Below are positions 6,743 to 13,717 of a stretch of DNA of 13,717 nucleotides, in pieces. The DNA lies in assembly GCA_040752415.1 (NCBI GenBank), contig JBFMGU010000278.1, forward strand, positions 1 through 13,717, in the 5' to 3' direction. Each line of letters opens with the position of its first letter. Positions within the stretch are counted from its first letter, which is position 1. A program made the position numbers and the translations under genes. The DNA comes from Myxococcota bacterium (GTDB lineage: Bacteria > Myxococcota > JACRCW01). The notes below the pieces were generated by a model, which had not been told where the DNA came from, searched no databases, and saw nothing but the letters and a program-made list of their open reading frames with translations.

Positions 6743-8707
6743 ATGACCGCCCAGTCGCAGCCGTTCGGTCGTTACACGCTGGAGGAGAAGCTGGCCACCG
6801 GCGGGATGGGCGAGGTGTATCTCGCGGTGGACCACGGCGCGGGCGGCGCGGTGGCGGGATACGAGAAGGTCGTCGTCATCAAGCGGATCCTTCCGCAGCT
6901 GGCCACGCAGAGTGAGTTCGTCTCCATGTTCCTGCGGGAGGCCGCGCTGGTTGCGCAGCTGACGCACCAGAACATCGTGCAGCTGCATGACCACGGCTCC
7001 ATCGACGGGCACTACTTCATGGCCATGGAGTACGTGCAGGGACTCGACCTACGCGCGTTCCTGGATCACCACCGTCGGAAGGAGACGCCGGTGCCCATGG
7101 GGGAGGCGCTCTACGTCGGCGGCGCGCTGGCCCGGGCGCTGGACTACGCGCACCGCAAGAAAGGCCGCAACGGCGCGTCGCTCAACATCATCCACCGCGA
7201 CGTCAGCCCCCAGAACGTGCTCCTCTCCCTGGAGGGCGACGTCAAGCTCACCGACTTTGGCGTCGTCAAGGCCGTGCTCAAGATGCCGCTCCCCGAGGGC
7301 GGGGACAGTGGTCTCGTCGGGAAGCTGGCCTACGTGTCACCGGAGCAGGCGGAGGGCCTGGAGATCGACCAGCGCAGCGACGTGTTTTCCCTGGGCATCG
7401 TCCTGCATGAGCTCACCACGCTGCACCATCCCTTCGCGCGCAAGGGTGAGAAGGGGCTGGCGCTCCTGGACCTGATCCGCCGCGCCGAGCTGCCGCCGAT
7501 GACGACGCTGCGCGCGGACCTGCCCGCGGGGTTCGAGGAGATCGTGCGCCGGTGCCTGGCGCGGAACGTGGACGAGAGATTCGCCAGCGCCCGCCAGGTC
7601 CTCGACGCGTTGGAAGGGATTCGCGTTCGTGACTTCCCGCATGTGCGTGAGACCACGCTGGCGGACTACCTGGAGCGCGCACTGCCCCCCGTCGAGACAC
7701 CGGCCGTGGTGGCGCGCATCACCGGACAGTTCCCCGCCGCCAAGGAGACCCCGCCCGCGGCGCACACGCCCTCCGACAGCGGCAAACAGCGCACCCCGTC
7801 GGACAGTGGCAAGCAGGGTGGTACGCGTGAGGCCGCCAACCCCGTGGCCCGCGCCATTTCCGACGACGCGCGCTCGCCGGGATGGATGAACGCGGTGGAC
7901 GAGTCGTTGACCTCGTCACTGCCGCCCACGCAGGAAATGACCCTGCCGCCCGACGCGGGACTGCCTCCCGGTGAGCCCCTGGTTTCACGCGCGCACCACG
8001 CGGATGACGACGTGGAGGCGCCGGGCGGGGCAGGGCGCGCGGTGGTGATGACGCTGGCCGCGGTGCTGCTCGCGGGTGGTGCGGCATACGGAGCGTACTG
8101 GTACCAGCGTCACGCCACGCAGCCGTTGGGGCCCATGATGAGTGCGCCCGGCGCGCCGCAGATCCCCGATCCTCCGTCGGTGAGGATCCGTCCGCGCACG
8201 CCGCCACCGTCGCGTCCGTCGCGGAACGAGGAGCGCGGGGGTAGCAACGCCGCACCGTCGGGGACGCAGCCGGAGACGCAAGAGCGTGCCCCCGTTGCCC
8301 AGCCCGAGACGTCGGAGCGCGCCCCCGGGACCGCCGTGACGACGTGGCAGATTGCGCCCGACGCGCCCGCGCTCCCGGCGAGCAAGGGCCTCTCCTACGT
8401 GGCCACGCGTGAGGTGGAGGTGCGTGTCGACGGGACCGCCCTGGGCAATGCGCCCAAGGGTGAGCTGGGTACGGTCCCGCCGTCGTTTGACGTGGTCTTC
8501 CGCTTTGGCCCGGACAGCACCATCACCGTCAAGGTCACCGACCACCCCACGCGCATGCTCAACGTGAGCTCCTCCGAGCCCGTGCGCATGGGGACCGCGG
8601 ATGGCGCCACCGCCGTGCGACGCACCTTCAACGTCGAGCTGGGGACGTGGGGGGAACGGATCACCGTCAGCGGACCCGACTACGCGCTGTCCCTGGCGGT
8701 GAAATGA
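6743..8707 (+). CDS. Membrane-anchored Hanks-type Ser/Thr protein kinase
   Basis: 654 aa. Gly loop LATGGMGEVY, VVIKRI, F.REA, HRDVSPQNVLL, DFG, GKLAYVSPEQ, SDVFSLG. Pro/Ser/Thr-rich juxtamembrane region, one TM helix (AVVMTLAAVLLAGGAAYGAYWY), and an extracytoplasmic region with a PEGA-like VEVRVDG motif. Confidence 0.96.
   Translation: MTAQSQPFGRYTLEEKLATGGMGEVYLAVDHGAGGAVAGYEKVVVIKRILPQLATQSEFVSMFLREAALVAQLTHQNIVQLHDHGSIDGHYFMAMEYVQGLDLRAFLDHHRRKETPVPMGEALYVGGALARALDYAHRKKGRNGASLNIIHRDVSPQNVLLSLEGDVKLTDFGVVKAVLKMPLPEGGDSGLVGKLAYVSPEQAEGLEIDQRSDVFSLGIVLHELTTLHHPFARKGEKGLALLDLIRRAELPPMTTLRADLPAGFEEIVRRCLARNVDERFASARQVLDALEGIRVRDFPHVRETTLADYLERALPPVETPAVVARITGQFPAAKETPPAAHTPSDSGKQRTPSDSGKQGGTREAANPVARAISDDARSPGWMNAVDESLTSSLPPTQEMTLPPDAGLPPGEPLVSRAHHADDDVEAPGGAGRAVVMTLAAVLLAGGAAYGAYWYQRHATQPLGPMMSAPGAPQIPDPPSVRIRPRTPPPSRPSRNEERGGSNAAPSGTQPETQERAPVAQPETSERAPGTAVTTWQIAPDAPALPASKGLSYVATREVEVRVDGTALGNAPKGELGTVPPSFDVVFRFGPDSTITVKVTDHPTRMLNVSSSEPVRMGTADGATAVRRTFNVELGTWGERITVSGPDYALSLAVK
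7766..7816 (+). repeat. In-frame 27-bp tandem duplication encoding TPSDSGKQ(R) x2 in the kinase juxtamembrane linker
   Basis: acgccctccgacagcggcaaacagcgc / accccgtcggacagtggcaagcag: identical peptide, synonymous differences only. Confidence 0.85.
8267..8326 (+). repeat. In-frame 33-bp-period duplication encoding QPET(Q/S)ERAP x2 in the kinase extracytoplasmic linker
   Basis: QPETQERAP-VA-QPETSERAP is visible in both protein and DNA. Confidence 0.75.
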
Positions 8708-8839
8708 GCGTGGATCCGTCCTTCGCGCGTCGCCGCTAGGTTCCTAACACCGCTTGCCAACACACCGGGGCGTGGGGCACATGGCCGGGAAATCCCTCGG
8801 CATGACGCAGGTTTGCGTTGGATCGCCGGGGACGCGGCG

Positions 8840-8856
8840 TTGGCCCTTTCCATGCA
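8840..8856 (+). promoter_or_regulatory. Putative sigma-54 (-24/-12) promoter of the lipoprotein gene
   Basis: TTGGCCCTTTCCATGCA: GG (8842-43) and GC (8854-55) are separated by the canonical 10 nt, about 50 nt upstream of ATG 8904. Imperfect match to TGGCAC-N5-TTGC. Confidence 0.35.
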
Positions 8857-8903
8857 GGACGCCCACGGTGTCCAATTGGAGCCGCATCACGCACAGGTGC
8901 CCC

Positions 8904-11900
8904 ATGTCCACGCGCATGCCTCGTCAGAATCTGCTCCTCGCCTCATCACTCGTGCTTGCCCTGGGATTGCTGGGCTGTCCCAACCCCACGCAACCGGGCG
9001 TGCAGGAGGGCACCACCAGCTCCGGCGGTGGAGGCAACGGCAGCACCAGCAGCACGTCGAGCAGCAGCAGCAGCTCCTCCAGCAGCGGCGGACAAACCGG
9101 CCCCTGCCAGATCGACGACGACTGCGAGCCCGGTCAGCTGTGCGAGTTCTCCGTGTGTGTCCCCGCGGACTGCAGCGACACGCGGCCTTGCCCCGCCGGA
9201 TTCGATTGCGCGTTGGGCGTCTGCCAGCCGCTGCCGGAGTGCACCACCGCGGCGGATTGTCGGCCCAGCCCGGGCGTGACGTGGGAGTGCCAGGGCGGGT
9301 TCTGCGTGGCGACGCAAGGCGGCTGCACCTCCGACGACCAGTGCGAGCAGGGTCAGGGCTGCGTGGGCGGCGTGTGCGTGGCCATTGCCAACGAATGCCA
9401 GCGCGACAACGACTGCGACACCGGCCTGGTCTGCTCCCGTGGCGCCTGCGTCCCGCGGCCCTCCTGCCTGGATGATTCCGAGTGCGTCGACGGGCGGCGT
9501 TGTGTGGCGGGCATCTGCGTGGTGGATGAGTGCGCCGCCGACGGGGATTGCCCCAGCGGCAACGCGTGTCGCAACGGCGTCTGCCTGGCCACCTGTCCTC
9601 CCGCCACTTGCGCCGCCGACGAGGCCTGCCAGGACGGCGTGTGCCAGGTCCAGAACCCCTGCGGCTCCGACCTCGAGTGCGACCCTGGTCTCAACTGCGT
9701 GGAAGGCCGGTGCCTCCAGGTGGCGTGCCAGCGCTCGTCGGATTGCGCGGAAGGTTATGGTTGTGTGACGGGGCGCTGCGTGCCCGCGGGCGGATGCAGC
9801 ACCGACGTGGACTGCGCGCCGCTGGGCAACTGCGCCAACGGACTGTGCGAGCCGAACCCCGGTTGTCGTCGGGACCTGGATTGTCCGGAAGGACAGTTCT
9901 GTGATTCCACCGCGGGTGCGTGCCGTCCGATCATCGAGTGCACCACGCGGGATGACTGCGGCGACAACCAGCGCTGTGTCGGCGACCGCTGCCAGGAGTT
10001 CTACCAGTGCGGCTTTGGCGGTGACCCGTGCCCCGCCGGCACGCGCTGCAACGGCCAGTTCTGCATCCCCGCTCCAGACTGCGGCTCCGACGCCGAGTGC
10101 CCCGAGGGCTTCCGCTGCGACAACCAGCAGTGCCAGGCCACCGAGTGCACCGAGGACGCGCAGTGTTCCGTGGGCTGGACGTGTGGTGGTGGTCGCTGCC
10201 TGCCGCCGCTGTTCTGCCGCGGTCCCGACGAGTGCTACGAGGGTCAGGAGTGCATCAACAACCGCTGCAACGCCCCGGACGGCTGCCAGACCGACGCGGA
10301 CTGCCCCGACTACAACGCTTGCTACGGCGGCCTCTGCTTCGAGGTGGGGCTGCCCGGCTGTGAGACCGACGTCGACTGCTTCTCCAACGAGTACTGCCAC
10401 CTGGGCTGGTGCTACCCGCGCGGCGAGTGCGAGGACTTCGAGGACTGCCCGCAAGGCTACTACTGCGGTGAAGCGCAGCGTTGCTACCCGTGGCAGGAGT
10501 GCGGTGGCAACGAGGATTGTCGCGAGGGTGATGAGTGCCAGAACACGCCGGATGGTCGTCTCTGCGTGTTCACCGGGCAGTGCCGCCTCGCGGGAGATTG
10601 CGGCCTGGGCTTCACCTGCGTGGAGTTCAGCTGTGTGCCGCTTCCCGGCTGCACCGTCGACGGGGACTGCGGTGCGGGCAACGTCTGCTACAACGGCATC
10701 TGCGCGCCGGCTGGTGAGTGCGCCGCCGACGCGGACTGCCCCAGCGGCCAGGTGTGCGACCTGCTGGTGCGCGCCTGCACCGAGATCATCCCGTGCCCCA
10801 GCGGCAATGACGCCGAGTGCCCCGCCGGGCGCGCGTGCATCGCGGGTCGTTGTGAGCAGATCCGGGGCTGCTACACCGACGGGAACTGCCCACCGGGAAC
10901 GTACTGCGGGGGCGGGTTCTGTCAGCCGGTGCCGGACTGCAGCGTCGACGCGGATTGCGCCGCCGGGGAGGTGTGCCAGTTTGACCAGTGCCAGCCCGGC
11001 TCCTGCACGGCGGACTCGGACTGCAACGACGACAGCCGTTGCGTGGGCGAGCGGTGTTGGCCGCGCCTGCTGTGCTGGGAGGACGTGGCGTGCGCCTGGA
11101 TGGGCGAGGGCGCCGTCTGCATCGAGCACACGTGCCAGGCCGCCGTCTCCGAGTGCGAGACCGACGCCAACTGCGGCCAGGGCGAGGCGTGCCTGAGCGG
11201 GCTGTGCGTGGGCTACGGCGTGCCGCGGTGCGAGACCAGCGCGGACTGCCCGCCCAACAAGTTCTGCCAGCTCGGCGTCTGCCAGTCTCCCATCGAGTGC
11301 TTCGAGGACGTGGATTGCGGCGGTGAGCCAGGCGACTTCGAGTGCGTCGAGAACCGCTGCATCTGGCAGAACTGCACCAGCTCCCTGAGCTGCCCGCCGG
11401 GGAGCGCCTGCGTGAGCTTCACCTGCCAGCCGGTCTCCTGCGACGCCGGCGTGACCTGTCCCTCGGGCAGCACCTGCACCAACGGACAGTGCGTGGTGCC
11501 CCCGGAGTGCACGCCCAACGGCGGCTGCGCCGAGGACGAGTTGTGCACCGAGGGCCGCTGCACGCCGCGCTACCCCTGCCGCACCTCCCAGGAGTGCCCC
11601 GCCGACCGCATCTGCAGCGTGGACCGCTGCGTGCTGGCAACCGCGTGTACCACCGACGCCAACTGCACAGCGCAGGAGCGCTGCTTCAACGGCCTGTGCC
11701 GCCCGCGTCCCGCGTGTACCTCCAACGCGGAGTGCCCGCAGGGTGAGTCGTGCAGCATCTCGCTGGGTCGCTGTGAGCCGGCGCTCACCTGCAACACCGA
11801 CGAGGAGTGCGGCTTCCTGGGCTTCTGCCTCCAGCGCCCCAACTGCACCGGCGACAACTGCGGTGACTGCGTGCCCTCCGAGTACTGCTACTCCGACGGG

Positions 11901-13535
11901 GATTGCTACACGGGCACCTATTGCGCGTCGGGCTTCTGCTTGATGATCCCGGACTGCGGCACGGACTCGGAGTGCGCCCAGGATGAGCGCTGCGACAACG
12001 GCGACTGCGTCCCGGTGGTCTGCGACAACACCACCGCGCCCTGCCCGGATGGACAGGCGTGCGTGGCGGGCCGCTGCGTGTTCACGTGGTGGTGCGGTGA
12101 GGACGACGTCTGTCCCGAGGGCCGCACGTGCATCAACCACACCTGCACGGACCCGGACGGCTGCACCGCCGACGACCAGTGCGAGCAGGGCGAGGGTTGC
12201 CTGGCCGGGGTGTGCACGCCGCTGCCGCCGCCGGGCTGCCAGCGCGACACCGACTGCTTCGAGAACGAGCGCTGCAACTACGGCTTCTGCCAGCCCGCGC
12301 GGGAGTGCGAGACGGACTTTGATTGTCCCACGCAGTACCGCTGCTTCAGCAACCAGTGCTTCTTCGTCGGGTTCTGCCAGCTTGATGCGGAGTGCCGTGA
12401 GGGAGACCAGTGCGTGGACGGCAACTGCGTGCAGGCGGTGGAGTGTCGGACGGACCTGGATTGCGGCGTGGGTCGCGCGTGTGAGAGCGGCGTGTGCGGT
12501 GAGGTCCAGGTGTGCACCGCCGACAGTGACTGCAACAGTGCCGACCTGCAGTGCTTCCGCAACGTGTGCGTCCCCTACGGCGGGTGCCTGACCGACGCGG
12601 AGTGCGTGGATGGCTCGGTGTGTGACCCGTTGCTCGGCCGCTGCGTGGTGGCGCCGGCGTGCACCACGGATGCGGATTGCGTTGCCGACCGGGCCTGCTT
12701 GGAGGGCCAGTGCATGCCGCTGCGGAGCTGTGCCGCCGACGTGGACTGCCCCGCGGGCACGTACTGCAACGGCCTGTGCCTGCCCATCCCGGCCTGTGCT
12801 TCCGACGCCGAATGTGAGCAGGGCCAGCGCTGCGACTACGGCACCTGTCAGCCGTACACCTGCACCTCGACGGATCCCTGTCTCCGCGGCTGGCAGTGCC
12901 TGGGTGACAACTCCGCGACGGGAGGAGCCGGCGGCCGCTGCTTCCCGCCGCTGTTCTGCGGCAGCGACGAGGACTGCCAGGACCTCGGCATGGTGTGCGC
13001 GGAGGACCACGTTTGTCGCGGTCCGGATGGCTGCACCGTCGAGGGCGACTGCGCCAGCGGCGAGGTCTGTTACAACGGCCTCTGCGTGGCGATTGGCGAG
13101 CAGAACTGTCTGACCGACGAGGCGTGCGCCACGCAGAACACCTGCGGCACCGACGGTGGGACGCCGGATGGCGGCTGTCGTCCGTACGTGTGCACGTTTG
13201 GTTCCTGCTCCGCGCCCAAGGAGTGCGAGATCGACACGGATTGCCCGCGTGAGCACGCGTGTCGTCGTGATCGGTGCGAGCCGCTGGGTGGCTGCTACTC
13301 CTCGTTCCAGTGCAACGTGGACGAGGTGTGCCTGAATGGTCAGTGCCAGGCGTCGGGCGCGTGCGCTCCGGGCAGCGACGGTGGGTGCCAGACGGGGCTG
13401 TGCCAGGTGGACGCGGACTGTCCGCAGGGCCAGGAGTGCCAGTCGGGCGTGTGCCGCAGCATTGCCTGCGACAACGACGACGACTGCGCGGCCGGCTGGA
13501 GCTGCGTGGGCGGTCGCTGCGCGCCGCCGATCTGA
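8904..13535 (+). CDS. Giant cysteine-rich repeat lipoprotein (~1543 aa, ~61 CxxDxDCxxGxxCxxGxC modules)
   Basis: Start re-called at ATG 8904 (AGGT at 8895-8898; alternative ATG 8916). Signal peptide II with lipobox LLG|C, then a Ser/Gly linker, then four-Cys modules continuously to the stop codon. No other domain is recognisable. Confidence 0.93.
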   Translation: MSTRMPRQNLLLASSLVLALGLLGCPNPTQPGVQEGTTSSGGGGNGSTSSTSSSSSSSSSSGGQTGPCQIDDDCEPGQLCEFSVCVPADCSDTRPCPAGFDCALGVCQPLPECTTAADCRPSPGVTWECQGGFCVATQGGCTSDDQCEQGQGCVGGVCVAIANECQRDNDCDTGLVCSRGACVPRPSCLDDSECVDGRRCVAGICVVDECAADGDCPSGNACRNGVCLATCPPATCAADEACQDGVCQVQNPCGSDLECDPGLNCVEGRCLQVACQRSSDCAEGYGCVTGRCVPAGGCSTDVDCAPLGNCANGLCEPNPGCRRDLDCPEGQFCDSTAGACRPIIECTTRDDCGDNQRCVGDRCQEFYQCGFGGDPCPAGTRCNGQFCIPAPDCGSDAECPEGFRCDNQQCQATECTEDAQCSVGWTCGGGRCLPPLFCRGPDECYEGQECINNRCNAPDGCQTDADCPDYNACYGGLCFEVGLPGCETDVDCFSNEYCHLGWCYPRGECEDFEDCPQGYYCGEAQRCYPWQECGGNEDCREGDECQNTPDGRLCVFTGQCRLAGDCGLGFTCVEFSCVPLPGCTVDGDCGAGNVCYNGICAPAGECAADADCPSGQVCDLLVRACTEIIPCPSGNDAECPAGRACIAGRCEQIRGCYTDGNCPPGTYCGGGFCQPVPDCSVDADCAAGEVCQFDQCQPGSCTADSDCNDDSRCVGERCWPRLLCWEDVACAWMGEGAVCIEHTCQAAVSECETDANCGQGEACLSGLCVGYGVPRCETSADCPPNKFCQLGVCQSPIECFEDVDCGGEPGDFECVENRCIWQNCTSSLSCPPGSACVSFTCQPVSCDAGVTCPSGSTCTNGQCVVPPECTPNGGCAEDELCTEGRCTPRYPCRTSQECPADRICSVDRCVLATACTTDANCTAQERCFNGLCRPRPACTSNAECPQGESCSISLGRCEPALTCNTDEECGFLGFCLQRPNCTGDNCGDCVPSEYCYSDGDCYTGTYCASGFCLMIPDCGTDSECAQDERCDNGDCVPVVCDNTTAPCPDGQACVAGRCVFTWWCGEDDVCPEGRTCINHTCTDPDGCTADDQCEQGEGCLAGVCTPLPPPGCQRDTDCFENERCNYGFCQPARECETDFDCPTQYRCFSNQCFFVGFCQLDAECREGDQCVDGNCVQAVECRTDLDCGVGRACESGVCGEVQVCTADSDCNSADLQCFRNVCVPYGGCLTDAECVDGSVCDPLLGRCVVAPACTTDADCVADRACLEGQCMPLRSCAADVDCPAGTYCNGLCLPIPACASDAECEQGQRCDYGTCQPYTCTSTDPCLRGWQCLGDNSATGGAGGRCFPPLFCGSDEDCQDLGMVCAEDHVCRGPDGCTVEGDCASGEVCYNGLCVAIGEQNCLTDEACATQNTCGTDGGTPDGGCRPYVCTFGSCSAPKECEIDTDCPREHACRRDRCEPLGGCYSSFQCNVDEVCLNGQCQASGACAPGSDGGCQTGLCQVDADCPQGQECQSGVCRSIACDNDDDCAAGWSCVGGRCAPPI
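9105..13520 (+). repeat. Intragenic array of ~61 degenerate four-cysteine modules (~66-75 bp each)
   Basis: Manual count from CQIDDDCEPGQLCEFSVC to CDNDDDCAAGWSCVGGRC. Consensus C-x2-D-x-[DE]-C-x2-G-x2-C-x2-G-x-C with 3-7-aa linkers. Confidence 0.9.
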
Positions 13536-13644
13536 CCCCCGGTTACGCCGCTGCTCTGGTTCACGTTTCCACTCGGGGTGGTGGCGAGTTGGCCCCCCAC
13601 CCGGCCGCCCTTGCTGATTTCACCGCTTTCACGTCGAGGGCGGC

Positions 13645-13668
13645 CGACCTCCCCTCGGGGGGAGGTTG
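13645..13668. terminator. GC-rich hairpin, possible terminator or 3' stabiliser downstream of the lipoprotein gene
   Basis: ACCTCCCC-tcgg-GGGGAGGT (13647-13666), extendable by G-U and C-G pairs. There is no clear U-tract. Confidence 0.3.
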
Positions 13669-13717
13669 AGATGTGCCGCCACGCTCGGGTCGTGGTTCCC
13701 GTTAGGCGGCACGGGCT

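Noticed and set aside
6549..6746. 65-aa ORF listed in the track between nuclease and kinase
   Set aside because: Pro/Arg-rich sequence with no motifs. The overlapping frame starting at 6557 carries the recognisable Uma2-like peptide instead.
8754..8903. Upstream extension of the lipoprotein ORF
   Set aside because: It would bury the signal peptide 50 aa inside the protein. ATG 8904 (or 8916) puts the lipobox at a normal position.
9060..9074. (AGC)5 microsatellite as a phase-variation switch
   Set aside because: In-frame triplet within a poly-Ser linker, so slippage would change linker length only.
8946..13256. 1436-aa minus-strand ORF
   Set aside because: Antisense mirror of the Cys-rich gene (TGC read as GCA gives the Ala/Val-rich pattern), with no motifs of its own.
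9105..13520. Repeat array as CRISPR, DGR template/variable repeats, multiheme cytochrome or TraA
   Set aside because: The repeats are degenerate and protein-coding with no constant DNA repeat and spacer. There is no reverse transcriptase or adenine-specific variation, no recurring CxxCH motif, and no PA14-like domain or MYXO-CTERM tail.

Overview
Very GC-rich (roughly 70% by eye) bacterial chromosomal window whose gene content suggests Myxococcota or a related lineage (inference). Minus strand: a zinc-ribbon/double-FHA protein (2509-3753) sits 15 bp upstream of accA (1474-2493). After accA come a ~240-bp nested inverted-repeat (REP/REPIN- or MITE-like) element, a secreted/membrane protein (250-1170) and possibly a further gene running off the left edge. 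Plus strand, transcribed divergently: an XPB/Rad25-type SF2 helicase (3946-5307) overlapping a DUF790/Bax1-type PD-(D/E)xK nuclease (5294-6547), a 36-codon remnant of a Uma2-type nuclease (6557-6667), a membrane Hanks-type Ser/Thr kinase (6743-8707) and a ~1543-aa lipoprotein (8904-13535). The lipoprotein consists almost entirely of ~61 four-cysteine modules arranged in a hidden 14/12/14/12 super-repeat. Best leads: the super-repeat lipoprotein, the archaeal-type XPB-Bax1 helicase-nuclease pair, and a possible lipoprotein/kinase/double-FHA/AccA signalling link. All family assignments come from recognising motifs by eye; no database search was run.
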